Position numbers and translations under genes: made by a program. Below are positions 51,006 to 64,000 of a DNA stretch of 64,000 nucleotides, in pieces. The notes beneath the pieces were generated by a model, which had not been told where the DNA came from, made no database searches, and saw only the letters and a list, made by a program, of their open reading frames with translations. Every line of letters begins with the position of its first letter. Positions within the stretch are counted from its first letter, which is position 1. This DNA comes from Phoronis australis (lineage: Eukaryota > Animalia > Phoronida): positions 797,950 to 861,949 of the forward strand of contig NMRA01000119.1 in the NCBI GenBank assembly GCA_002633005.1. The letters are read 5' to 3'.

Positions 51006-53383
51006 GATATCTGTAACATCGATTGAGCGGTCACCGGATTGACTCTTGCATGAGCTATCCGGGTAATAAGGTATGAAGGTAGGCTTTTTATAAAATTATG
51101 ACACCTGCGATTATCACCTCGCTCTGTAAATTTCTTAGTAGTGTTTGAAGTATAGCCACATGGATGTGTACGAGTTGAGCAAAGACGCTTCTCCCAAGAT
51201 GAGTACTCGTTCATTAAATATAGATAATTTCATTTTCAGGATCGAAAGGACTTGTAAGCCTATGGAACACTGACAAAGACGGTGATGGATAAAAAGCTTG
51301 TCTAAGGGCAACCATGTTAGAAAACACGTGATTTAAATTGCATTTGCAACACAGATACAGGGTGCAATAAAAATGTACTTACACTTCAAATAACAATCAC
51401 TGCGTTGTTGACGTTGGAGCAATATTCCTGTTGCTTTTTGCTGAAGAGGCTTTTCAGCTGATCAAACATGATTCAGTCTTTAAAACTAAAATTAATTAAT
51501 GCCCTTTGTATAAATTTCGGAAAAATATTAAACGTCTTTGAAGTTCTATGATGTTTTGAGTTTCCACTAATTGGCATTTTGCGATAAATTTTCGTTAACT
51601 AAAACCGACTCGCTTTGCCATTCCCGTGCACACAGAACACGTGACGACTCATAGACTGGAGTAACCTAGCCAACGGCTAGCTGTGTGAGGAGACTAACGT
51701 TAAAAATCAGCTAGGAACCGCTGCGGGGTTAACTTCACGTTGGTCTTGAAATTTCAAACAAACCGGTTATGTCTGCTCGTCTTTTCGTCGCCAAATTTAT
51801 ATCAACACGTAGAGCTAACTATCGGCGGGCTGCAATGACGCAAAGACTGCGCTGCGGAAGAGACTGGAAAAATAGCATTCGTTGCTTTCATACGCGCACC
51901 CAGCCTTCAATATGGGGAGGGCTCGAGTTTCTGGCGATGTGGACCTCTTACTAACAAAAAAGCGGGTCGACTAAAAAACAGTACCACGATCGGAGCTGTG
52001 AATTGTGCGTTTGCGCCTTTTTAGTTGACTTTTATCTCGTTTTCTCGGATTTTTTTGTTTCTCTGAGGCGGACCTTTTTGCCCACTTCGCCAAATGGGAG
52101 GCTCAGTCGAGCCCTCCGAGCACCACCCCCGCCCCCTCCCCTGGGTGCGCGCATGGCTTTATGGTAGTTCCGGGCAGAGACCAGCGCCAGTCCTTCTCAT
52201 GACGTCAATCAGCTACCACGTTATGCCGTTATGGTAGGAACAGCATCAGCGCTGGTGCACGGTTCCGAGTTTTAGTTCGTAGCAAATGCGTGCCATTAAC
52301 GCAAACCGACTGATCATTCGTCACGGTTTTAAGTTTATATTATACTGCATACTGGACATTTAGAGCCGTTAAGATTTAATTAGACTCCGAATAATTGATT
52401 ATGTACAGACGAAATAAAAAGTAGTCATTGGGTGAGACGTTTCCAAATCAGGAAGTCAGTACATTCAGAAACCTGGATATGCTAGTTTACTGAAGTAGAT
52501 TGCGAGCTGGCGCGGATGCAAAGAGGCTACCGGTATTTTTGTCTGAAATCTAGACTCTACTATTATTATTATTCAAAGACTAGTGTTAATAGACATATGC
52601 AAAAAGGTGCCCACGAATCGTGGCATATCAATAATGCAGATTATATTATATACTTATATGATCTTTGTGAAAAACAAAACACTTTAAAGCTGCGTGAAAC
52701 GAAAACGATAATTTGGAAAAGTGCAACAGCGTCTTTAGGTTTTATCTTGAACTTCTGTATCACACGAAATTTGGTAATGTAATAGATTCTGTTGTTTTGC
52801 TTTGAATGTGCATTTCTTTTTGCTAAATTTTACTAAAAAAGCATGGTCGTGTAAGCTTATTAATGGCAGGTTCGTATAAAGTCAACATTAAGAATTTCTG
52901 CTGAGTCAAATTCTATAGCCTCAAAAGACTTTCCATGCCTCTGAGGTAACACTTCGTGTGTCCTTACGTATTAGACGAAGCCTATCTTCTCTCAGGCAAC
53001 CTTTCTACACGTATACAAAGTGTGGTATTTTGTTAACGCTCAAAACAGAATAGTGATTATTTTTCAGTTTTATCACTTGGCGCATTTATGCCGATGAGAG
53101 AACTCTTGGCGTGTACACGGTGGTCATCACGCTAATTCCATACTTTTCGCCATTTTCCGTACGACTTATATTGTACGTACATATAATGCAGTGTACAATA
53201 GTGTCACAAACGGAAACGGACGAATTTTGTGTGGCGATAGCTTACGTACGAAAGAACACGGGGGGTCACTTGCCACTCGATTGTGGAGACTCCCAAGATT
53301 ACGCGGAGGACTTTTTGTACAAGTTGTGGCAAATTAGTGGAAATTGTCGAATATGAACTTTGTTTCAATACACAAGAAGATTT

Positions 53384-56300
53384 TAGTCCAGTAGCCACAA
53401 ATGGATACGCAGAAGTGTTCGACAATATATGATTTTTTGTTTGTTACATGTTTAGGCTTTGAGCATTTTGCTGGGTTATAATCACGACAACCTTGAGTAT
53501 TTTTTAAGTACGCAAATTAATGTTGCCATTATGCAAAATTGTTTTTTCCTTATAACTTCCTTACCAAGCATTGTGGGCAGATTATACTAATATTTTCACC
53601 CATGCTTCTATGGTCCGTGGATTTAATGGAGATACTTTGGAGGCAGATGCATCGAGAGTTTGCACAGTTAATGCAAATTAAGGCACCCGTGACTGAAAAT
53701 TCTCCTTGTGCCTATTGCTTGTTTCAGGCGCCACAGGCTAATTGCATTCTTATTTGCACCCACGTTTTTCTTAATAAAATCTTTTTACAAGTTGTTACAT
53801 GATAAATTTGCGTAAATTATACAATTAATAGCCACCATTATTTAAAATTAAGTGACATAAAATTTTGCTTCTGCTCATGATAACTTCCTACGTGCGCTAA
53901 CTGTAGATTATTGTAATATTTACACTCATGCAGGTCATTTACACAACCCAAATGCATAATTTATGGAAATTGAGACGACCAAGGTTATTTTGGCTCGTCG
54001 TCTTCGTTACATGAACCTGGATGATTTGATAATTTTCGAGAGACTTTTGGGCGAATGCACCATTTGAAGCAAGACCTGATATTGTTTGCGGAAGTGTGTA
54101 GCATGCATGAAGAATCGTCTTACTTTTAGCGAAGACATAAATACTGTGCATTCTGATGTTCCTACACATAGCTTTTACCTTCGCCCTTGATTTGCCTTAC
54201 AACTACAGCATAAAGCTTACCAAACTTTAAAGATTCGCGTAGAACTTTTCCCAAGTCAACAACTGAAGCACAACCCGACATATTCAAGTAACAACATCTC
54301 ATTTTTATGAGTTTAGCAAACATTTGTTTACGGAAAAGTTGGCATCTAAACTTCCGGTGGCACTTGTCACAAAGGTATACAGATGTGCGTGTTCGTTCAT
54401 TTTGGTTAGCGTACGTATAATCACTTACACTGCTCACTGTGCCATCGCCGCACGTGTGACTAGGCTGATGTTTATCATCCCCGTCTCTCATAAAACGGTC
54501 ATACTGGTAATACGGGTTAGAACTTATTTAACATTTTAGTTTCACCAGCATATTTTGGTTTCTAACTTTCGAAATTTGTAACAAAACCCAAGAATAAAGC
54601 TCTTCATATGTTTAAAGCAAACAATTCGCACCCTGATAACAGTTCTTGGGATATTTCACAACAGTAAATGGCAAATCAGAGAGCGATCCTAAGACCCATG
54701 CAAAACTTTTCCATCTCATCAAAATTTGTGAATATAATAGTCGTCGCCACAGTATAAATGGCACAATTTGAAGTCAAATGTGGGCCGTATAACATATTCA
54801 CGCTTGGCTATTTGTGGTTCGAAACTTCATGTCTGTTAGTGTTCACGTTAATTGCTTCACGTTCTATTTGATGTATATGAGCAGTACCGTGCCTTAAACA
54901 TTTCAAGGACGCATTTTCAGAAATGAATCAAGAACAGCTTGTAACTCTATATCTATAGTCACCCCGTTCTTTAAGTAGATGTACAACTGTTCTGAAGTAA
55001 AAATGCAACAGCTTATTATTCAAAATGACTTATTCTTATTGAAATGACATACCGAGTAGGCAAGAAATTGAATTTCGGCCCTCAAAAGTGGGGCCACTTA
55101 TATTAATATACAGGGTCTCCCAGGAAGGCGGCCGGAGAGCGGGGTCACCTATATTAATGTAGGTAAATATTATTACTATACTCAAGATAACTGTTTAAAT
55201 CCTGTGTCCCATAACCGTTTATTCCCCATATTAAAATACATGTAATCTTGTTAAGACATAGATGTGTAAACTGTAAAGAAAACAAAACCGTGAGAACATT
55301 AAAAGATCCACAAAACAGGTAAAACTTAACAAAAATTAAATGTACATAGAGAACTGCAGTATTCGGTAGAAGCCTATTTTAGAAATTTTATTATAATGTA
55401 TTAAGATATATTAGAATAAAAAAGTTTTAAAAAATCATCAAAGTTTTGTGTAAAATTTGTATTAGAGACATTAAATTATAAGTCATTAAATTGTATATTG
55501 TTATAATACTGATATCAGAAAGCAAAAGTGCTTGAAATCTAGTTTTACATCAACTCATGACTTTCACAGAAAAACAGATAGAATAAATGAAATTTTCTGG
55601 CATGATCAACGGAAATATAGAATTCAACGCTATGCATGGAAATTACCTTTCTTGAAAATCATAATAACCAATACACGGAACTGAAATTTGATCATAGTGT
55701 ATGAAGCATTTCCGGTGCACATGTGGCCTTTAGGAAAGCAGATGTGGGGATTTTTACAACGGGTTTGGTCTTTGCTGCTACAGGAGTGGAATTTAGGGTA
55801 TCGTTGCTGGGATGTAGAGGTGCGATCATGCAGTTGTTTCCACCCCTTGATGGCAAGCCATCTGTGATCATCTGAACACTATCTTTCATGGGAAAACTGG
55901 CATGAATAGGGCCATCAAGTCCATTTTCTTCTTTCTCATTGATGTGGAGAAGACGAAGAATTTCTGATCAACCATCCATGGATATTTGTCCAGTTTATCA
56001 AAGTTTCTTACGTCGTACTTGCAGCCCACATCACAGCAGTACTTCGTTGGCATGAGAATAACGAGTAGAAATACGAGGCAACAAATGTGCCTGGTGGATG
56101 TTTACGGCATTGTGGGTAAACACAGCGAGATTCGAGTGTCGCTTTGTAATCCGGGACGGCCCTATTGCTTTGCAATTAATTACAATACTTTGAATCACGT
56201 GCATACTCTGTTATCAATTGTATCTATTTAAACCACGCTTTGTAAGGAAGTATTCAAAACAAGTAATGTAGAGCTTTATGTGCATAAAGTATAAAAATTT

Positions 56301-56902
56301 ATGAAGTAAGTGATTTCATCAAATTCACTGACCACGAAAACGTGGGTGCCAACATCAAAATGATTTGTATGCAGTGCACTATGAGGAAGTTACAAGCAGA
56401 TACGTAACAGAATTTTTAGATAATGTTAGCCATTAGTTGCATAAATTACGCTAAGTTTTCATGCAACAACTTGCAAAATGATTTTAATAACATAATTGAC
56501 TATAGAAACACGAGTGCAAATATCATTGTCATTTACTTGTGTTACTTGGTACTTTAGCTATAGCGCAAGAAGATTTTTAAATAATGGCGACCTAAATTTG
56601 CATCACGATTTATCCACCTGCAAACTAGTTTCATAAAAATCACTTACCTTGAAAACATTAGGTAAAACACCAACATAGTGTATTCGGGCTTACGGTGCTA
56701 GGTAAGGAAGTTATAAGCAAAAGCAGATTTTTCCATAATGGCAACCTTAATTTGCATATTTACAAAAAATGCTCGAGGTTGTCAAGATTACAACCAAGCC
56801 AAAATTCTTCAGGGGAGCCACCTCAGCATGAGACAACAAAAACATCTACTAACAAGAATTTCTAGGTCCTCTGTGGGGACAAAATGGGTGGTTACTAGAC
56901 TA
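53384..56902. mobile_element. Academ-like non-autonomous DNA transposon with long diverged TIRs
   Basis: Termini TAGTCCAGTAGCCAC / GTGGTTACTAGACTA. Inverted similarity extends over several hundred bp, e.g. gttgccattatgcaaaa...ttataacttccttacc (~53520-53565) versus ggtaaggaagttataa...ccataatggcaac (~56700-56745). No clean TSD. Confidence 0.6.
55692..56053 (-). pseudogene. THAP zinc-finger pseudogene / transposase N-terminus relic
   Basis: The ATG at 56053 opens MPTKYCCDVGCKYDVRNFDKLDKYPWMVDQKFFVFSTSMRK. The conserved Trp (RKW) is in a shifted frame, and the continuation TDGLPS... is in another frame. Confidence 0.6.
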
Positions 56903-57461
56903 CGAAATAAAAATGTGATATTTGCATTAAAGACATATTCTACAGAATACAACACAGACAAACTGTGGCAATCTGAAGTCAAATTGAATGAGTTCGTACT
57001 TAGCACAGATGTTACCAGTAGGTGCATTAAAACAGATTGCTCCGGTATACAGTGAATCTAATTGTTTTTATGTGTCAGGTGCTTTCATTCTTTGTTTATT
57101 TCATTCATTGCCTTGCATAATTCAAATTTAACATGCATCCGCTGGTGAGCTCTTCTTTGATGTTATGGTTTCAAGGTGGACACTGTTCCTCCGGCGCCGA
57201 CACACAGGCGTTCTCATTAACAGCGCTCTTTTCTCACGAGCTGTACTCGGGTTACTACGCGCCCAAATTCTGTGTTGCGAACAATTTTTTTCTCACGAAC
57301 TGCAATGATTTTACTCTCTGACACGGATTGTGCGTATTTTTTGTTTGTATATGTCACGCGTTTCACAAATAAATAATAAGACTTGCGACTGCAGTTCAAT
57401 CATAACGATACAACCACACTTCACAAACTGCGATCAAAGACTCCTTCAAACCAGTGAACGG

Positions 57462-57518
57462 ACGTGCGTTCAGTAACGCTATCCAAAGTCACTTTTTCTC
57501 ACATGAACTACTGGACGT
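57462..57518. mobile_element. Truncated family B terminus
   Basis: acgtgcgttcagtaacgcta is followed by caaagtcac and tactggacg. Confidence 0.5.
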
Positions 57519-57544
57519 AAGTTTAATGTTCATTTGCTCATCTA

Positions 57545-58740
57545 CCATCAAACCAGGATGTCAGCCGAACATCAGGTAAAGTGGGAATATCCTGTGCTAG
57601 CCTGGTCGAGGGCTGGAGTTATAAGCAAAACGCACCTTAGCAACATAACTAGGCCACTTGGATTTCTGATCATCGTGTAATGTACCTAACATGTTCAACA
57701 ATGTGTGGTTAAAGCGCTCACATAACCCATTCCATTGAGCATGGTACGGAGTGGCATGAGATTTATCAGCACCCAGTATCAGACAAAGCTCCTGAATCAG
57801 CTTGGATTCGAAGTTACGACCCTGATCCAAATGGATCCTTTGAGGCATACCCTAAGGAATAATCACTTGGTCAAATAAAGCTTTAGCTATTGTCTTAGCC
57901 AGTTGGTTAGTGGTGGGAATCGCAATAGCAAATTTGGTAAAATGGTCAGTCATTACTAGAACGCTATTGTACCTTCCTGATGGTTCAATAGAAGATAATC
58001 GATACAGACCATTTCCCAAGGTTGGGTGATGGTTATGCTAAGGGAGTTTCTCTACAGGGGATTCCGTCGCAAACAACGTTCACAATTTCTCACATGCTGC
58101 TCAATATCAGTGTACATACGAGGTTAGTGAAATCTATTTCGCACCAGGCTAAAAGTACGCTCACGACCTAAATGACCAAACTCGTAATGCAACGCATGTA
58201 TGACATCACTACGGGCCTCCTCAGGAAGAACTAGTTGTCTGCCCTTGACCCCATTATCAATGTAATTTCTATAGAATGCCATCAGAAATTCACTAATCTT
58301 TCACGCTACCTTAACAAACGCTTCTCATCAAGTGATTCATTGCAGATGTCATTGATGTTATTCTGTAGTCTCTACCACAAGCTTAACTACAGTATCTGCT
58401 TGCTGGCAACCAAACCAAGACTTGTCCGCACAGACAAAGTAAGCATTACTGATCACTCCAGATTGCTTCTGTAGAACAGGATGAGTTACTACTTTCTCTA
58501 CGCCAGATAAACAAAAGAGTGAATCGAAAGTTTATCGGATCTAACACAGTAGTACGAAAAACACTAACAATACAGTGGCGCTATTCTAATATTCAGTGGA
58601 GTGCGGCGCATTCCATCAGAAGCCTGTATAACCCCTACGATACTCAATGCTAAAGTTGAAGAATGACAGACGTGAGAGCCACCTATGGCCTGTGGCATCC
58701 ACAGACGCATTCGTAAGTATGTACGACAAAGGATTATTGC
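57545..58740 (-). mobile_element. Degenerate Ty3/Gypsy LTR-retrotransposon pol (RNase H end, integrase HHCC and DDE core)
   Basis: Motifs in order: NNPLSYILTNASVDATGHRWL...FNFSIEYRRG; LHYEFGHLGRERT...CERC; VLVMTDHFTKFAIAIPT; GMPQRIHLDQGRNFES...TPYHAQWNGLCERFNHTLLNML...AYNSS; STGYS. Multiple stops and frameshifts. Confidence 0.92.
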
Positions 58741-59563
58741 AGCCCCGTAGCCAGGGGGGTGCGGGGGTTTGATCGAACCCCCCGCGGAAAAGGTCCAATC
58801 CCAACCTATCCGTAAAATATAGGATGTAGGTAGACAACCGTGACAACAACAAAATTGTTGCACGTACTGGTACTGCTAACTACAATGATAACTATAGTTA
58901 TAATTTTGAATTTGCTTCTTATTCAAAGCATTCACGTAATCAGTCGGGCCGAAACCGCTCAACTTCACCCGAATGGTGTTTGCTAGATGACAGGATCGTG
59001 CAGACGATTAAAAGAGGCTTTATGTTATTGGTCGGCATTGAACGTACGTGGTGGCTACACCAGGGTAACAATGGAGTCTAAAAGTAGATGTCTATACGTA
59101 GCTAAGCTATATATGGCAGCGAGAGAGCACCCAGAAAGTAGTGCGGTGGGAGTGCCTTAAAAATTGATCAAGAAACAAAACAGCAGTGTGTTATCTGCTA
59201 TTTTTGTATACTTGCTAGCATAGTACGGTGAAGTGTAGCCAAATTATGAATTGAAAGTGATCGTCAAATATGTTGTTCATCCAGTGTCCACTTTGATAGT
59301 AGACTGGTGCATTGGCATTAATGCAATGTACACGATTCAGTAGCTGCTACACGCCGGCGAAAAGTACACTATAGTCTTCCGTCGTCGTTCAGAAACCAGA
59401 CATTTAACTACCGTGTTTTCTTGCACTGAGAAAACCCCGACGAACATGTTCACGATAGGGAGAAGTAGCTCTAGACCTAATACTGTCAATGAAGAAAGTC
59501 TTCTCTTGTCAGCTAGTTTCAGTGGTGCGCAGCCTCGCAAACTTCGTACGAAAAGATTTCCAA

Positions 59564-60385
59564 GGCCATTCCGAAGGTTCACTACTCTGAAGGTGACTAC
59601 TGTGAAGGTTCATTACTCCGAAGGTTCGCTACGTTTAAAAGTTCAGTACTTCGAATGTCCACAATTCCGAAACCAGAACTCCGAAGTTCATTACTCTGAT
59701 TGTCTGCCAATGCGTCGGAACAGACATCGATAAAGTGATATTTTTGTGTCCATTTAATAACCATTTAAAGGGTGTGAAGGACTTGAATAGTTGATTACAT
59801 TGTTTACAAATGAGCTCAGTTCCAATCACTGCCAATAGTGATTCTTGAATCTAATTAACGACTATTCTCAAGCAGGGGCAACATCTGGGGCACGGGTCAG
59901 GTCAATGGCGGTTTTAAAATTAAGAAGACTGAATGGGACTCTCTGACTTCATGAAGACTGGCATGGATATGTTAGCTAACTACATTTAGTTTCGACCCGG
60001 CCGTCCACGTGGTTCTGGTGGGTGAGGTCCTAAACTTTTCAGTCGCGCTGTGATGCGATCTTGACATGGACATGGATTTGTTGAATGTATCGTGGTTGAT
60101 AATTCATCAATCACCCTACTTCATATGCTTTTAAAAATGCAAGTACGTACTTACTTTTCCGCATTCGTAAGACATGCGGGCAATATCATATACGCATGAA
60201 ATCCAAACAAAGTGTTTCAGTATCCGGGCGTTGTTTTCGGTATAGGTTTACCACTCAGTGCATCTAATAACCGAAGTATCGTTTATTTTTGCTTGAATAA
60301 AATAACACCCGAGTCCGAAAATTTATATATTTTCGGAGAAGTGAACCTAAGAAGTAGTGAACTTTCGGAATAGTGGGCTGTTCCC
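59564..60385. mobile_element. TIR element with subterminal 15-bp tandem repeats (MULE-like MITE)
   Basis: Repeats of ggttcactactccgaa at 59570-59700 are inverted at 60332-60385 (ttcggagaagtgaacc...ttcggaatagtggg). Flanks ATTTCCAAG and ATTTCCAGC suggest an 8-9-bp TSD. Confidence 0.6.
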
Positions 60386-63344
60386 ATTTCCAGCCATGTA
60401 AACAATTTGAGCAATACGCAAACCCCATAAAAATTTCGTCAAGTCATTCTGCTACTAAATATTTCCGTCTGAGTATGTAATGTCAGTGGTGTCATCAATC
60501 ATTTAAGCACGCCTGATTTGAAAGCTTGGCAGGAGGTAACGCGATAACTTTCTCTTTCTGGACCACATTGCATCCGAATTTGCGTCCCGTTCTTTGCGAG
60601 CAGCAGTCACCGTACATCCTCATTTCTGGTATTCACGAATTCCACTCATCTGGTCTCAGGAACATAGAGCTGAGAGAAGCTGAGAGCGGTCATGCTTCCC
60701 TATAGGGATTGTGAGATATGCTGTGTTGCTACAGATTTTTTCATTAATAGATTAAATATGCCATAATTGTTTTACCTTGGTTTCATACTAAGGTATATCT
60801 TATGTTTTATTGTTAAATCTCAAGTTTCGCCCTCCAGATTGCCTATTCAGTGGAGACTGACCACAGAAGTTGATAGTGTTGTAATTCAACATTAAAAAGG
60901 CTGCATTTATTAAAACATTTTGTTTTCCCCACCCTACCGTCACTTCTCTGACGTAGTTAGTTATGTGAACATTCATCATTTTTGATTTGATAGTTGAAAT
61001 TGTGTACTTTATTTCATTGCTAGATACAGCAGCGGAAAATGCAACTTACGATTATAGAGACATTAGTTTGTCATTAGAATCAAAGGTGAAATCTCTACTG
61101 CCACTTCTTCCGAAAACAAGGGGTTGACTGTGATGACGTAAATATAGGGGGTTATATCGTAATGACGTTTGGATGACGTAGTATGTGAACCCTGACTTAT
61201 GCCGGTGAACGGTCACATAAAGCAACACTTTCGGCAAAGGAGTCGCTTAATCGACTTACAGAGACACAGTGAACAACTTTCTGTTTTATAGATAATCAGT
61301 ACCAGACCTTCAAAGGAACACAGTCGGTTTTAGGACCAAAAAACGTGTTTTGGGTTTTTTCGTTGAGTGAGATACATTCGTTGATGCTTTGACCAGACAG
61401 AGCTATAAAACAGAAAAATACTGGTTGTTTTTTAATTTTATTAAAGTCGCAGATTCCCTACTCACTTCCAGTTATTCTGTAGAATTAGCTGTAATCGGGT
61501 CCGGTTACCTTATAAGTTACATACGTTTAAAATATACGGCTATTTGCCAAGTTGACTTTTAGTTCTAAAAGTGAAGCATCGCACTGTGACCCGGCTCGGT
61601 GTTGTTTATAAATCAGGTAAGTTGCCTAAAATTTCCTGCAAACTGGTTATGGCTTGAATTTTTCAAATATAACTGTTTCTTGCTCACTTCCAAACCGGTG
61701 TTCCTGTAACACATGCATTCTAAATCTTAGCATTCTGGCCACTCAATAAATCCGTGTGTTAACATGAACATAGATAAACGAGTCAGAAAAAGAACACCCT
61801 GCGATGGTATGAGGTTTGTCATAAGTGCAAAAGTCATCTTTCCACAGGTTTTGAATACGTTTAGAAATTTAGAAATTTTTGGGTTAAGTGGAAGATTGTG
61901 TACCTCTAAAAATCAAGCATTTTCCTTGATTCCTGAAGTATAGTCCGGATACCTATCGTCGACAGGCTCCAAAGGTCGTCCGCAATCTTCTTTCGCGTGC
62001 AGCGCAGCCACGCGGGACTTAGCGTTCCAATTTGGAGTGCTCGTCTACACGTTAGGTACTTACTTCTCGGGAGAAACGCGCATGGAAGAACTGAGAATAA
62101 AATTAATGCATTTACCGACTGTTGTTTTGAGACCACTTAAAAACTTGTAGATTTTACTAATGCACTTTTTTGTTTATTTTCAGAAGATATTTTCGAAATT
62201 TAATTTTCTTCAGACGGAACAAAAAACAACTCAGAGATTGTTTATGCATTGTATCTATTTGTCCCAGCCACTAACCGACACCCGTTAGGCCAAAGGAAAA
62301 ACGCAGCAGACAAATGGAACACGCTGGGTGCTTAACAGTTTCGGCTCACGCATTCGTCATCAAAATATTGTCCACTTGTTTTTTATTGCAAAACACAGTA
62401 CTGAGCTCAACATTTAAGTTGAAATTTTTGGTTAAAGCATTTTGAATTTATTTGAAGAAAATTAAAATACTTGAATTGATAGAGAATGGCCACTCATAAA
62501 GTAACACATTGACTTTATTTCACTATATTGCGTTGTTACATACAACATAGCATGACATAATCAAAAATAAAAGAAGAGATTGAGCAATAAAATACAAACA
62601 CAACTTGGGTATTTATATATTTATTTATGATTGCAAAAGCCTGTTAAAGGTGAGAAAAAATCAAACAATACGATATTGGGTAATTTATTAGAGCAATTGT
62701 ATCGATGGAGGTTCAATGATCAACTTGCACCGACCAAAGTCTCAAAGGGTTACAGTTATGTTTTAGCTGACAAGGTGCTAACAGAGAATGAAGAAAAACT
62801 GAAAAGAAAAAGAAAGACAGCAGAGATAAGTGGTGTTGAGAATAACATGAGCAAAAACTCAAATAAAGAGGACATAAGTAAGGTCTATCTGGAATAAAGA
62901 AATTGCGATTTATTTTCCAGAACTTAATTTCTAAATCAATTTTAATCAATCTAAAAATCGATATCATACTAGTAAAGCAGTTTGTGGTTGAAGTAGAATT
63001 GCTGCAAACCACTTTCCACTATTTTCTTGGGCTTTTTCTGTGTGTTTTTCTGTTCTTTCAAAAGGCGGCAGCATATGACGACCATAGGATTCATTATAAA
63101 ATGGCTGCCGAAAAGCAATGCACAGTTGAACAACTCGGCGTAAGTAAAAGAAAACGTTTGAATCAACGAATACTATATATTTGTGAGAGTTAAATCAAAT
63201 CCTATTCAGACCATAACTTTGAAGCTGAATAATTGGGTGAGTACGACAACAAGCCGGTTTTATGCTTAGGCGGACGACCATTGGGTTCCCGAGTATATTA
63301 TCCAAGAAAAAAAAACACGGAGAACGTGTCAAACAAGAAAAACT

Positions 63345-63412
63345 GCAAGTACCAAAGACTCGAACTCACGACCTGGCGCATAGTGCGCGCTTGCGTTACC
63401 ACTACATCACCA
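63345..63412 (-). mobile_element. tRNA-like SINE head fragment
   Basis: Minus strand has an A-box-like TGATGTAGTGGT and a B-box-like GAGTTCGAGTC. No intact cloverleaf is evident. Confidence 0.45.
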
Positions 63413-64000
63413 CGATTTAACTACTAACCTCATACTAAGAGACCTACTTGTTTATGGTCCACAGCGTTTGCGCGCGAAACCTACTTCTTTTTGTAATGCT
63501 TATTACACGTTTTATATTTTATGCCATCGATTCTTAACAAATTTGTCGTATTTAAAATAGTCTTCAAATGCCCAAATGACCATATCCGTTTTTCGTGTTG
63601 GCAATAATGACGGGATTGCTTTGGAAATCGTCTTAAGATGAGGTTTGACAAAGTGAGTATTGCGAGTTTCTGAGTGATTCACTAAGGCTTCGATTAAAAT
63701 TCACATCTTACCAGCAGCTTCTGTTTTTTCATCGTCACTCAGGTTCCATTTTCTTTAAAAAATGAAGTAAATTTTCTTCACTAATGGAGCAGACGACGGA
63801 AACGGAGTCGTAGTGCGCAGCGCCACTGCCGGTCGCCTGGGTTATCGCGGGAGAGCCTATACTTAGCCATAGTTCCGTTACGAATGCGCCGTGTTCCGAA
63901 TTTGACACACCGTATAATTTTAATTACCGGGGGTTAATTAATAAACTCAACATTTCCCTACGCTCTTACTGTTTTATTTTTTTTCGGCAGCCAAGGGGGG

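Noticed and set aside
59570-59700. Short repeat array considered as CRISPR-like
   Set aside because: The 15-bp units are contiguous without unique spacers, there are no cas genes, the context is eukaryotic, and an inverted copy marks a transposon end.
62631-62897. Lys/Glu-rich 88-aa ORF with a KRKRK NLS-like run
   Set aside because: Non-ATG start, AT-rich compositional bias, and no recognisable family or splice support.
1-64000. The many other 60-110-aa ORFs in the track
   Set aside because: Their lengths are compatible with chance in non-coding DNA, many use non-ATG starts, and none has a recognisable motif. No prokaryote-type operon or defence system is present.

Overview
This is AT-rich (roughly 38-40% GC, by eye) nuclear DNA from an animal, most likely a marine invertebrate. 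I found no prokaryotic operons, CRISPR arrays or rRNA genes. Two intact protein-coding genes can be reconstructed, both on the minus strand. The first is a six-exon calexcitin/sarcoplasmic Ca2+-binding (EF-hand) gene: 212 aa, CDS 50921->21600, canonical GT-AG introns and a 24-kb first intron. The second lies 2.7 kb downstream and is a single-coding-exon class A GPCR (17792-18901) of the peptide/FMRFamide-receptor-like type, with an atypical ENI in place of DRY. The rest is dominated by decayed mobile DNA: Gypsy pol, DIRS-like RT/RH/MT/tyrosine-recombinase pieces, a Penelope-like GIY-YIG fragment, three THAP-domain relics, an Academ-like long-TIR element, a tRNA-derived SINE, several MITE families with identifiable target-site duplications, and two long fold-back palindromes. 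A probable GNAT acetyltransferase pseudogene lies at the window start. No clearly novel multi-gene system is evident. The best leads are the N-terminally extended calexcitin, the motif-degenerate GPCR, the GNAT relic and the intronic hairpin next to a splice donor. All family assignments come from recognising motifs by eye, not from database searches.
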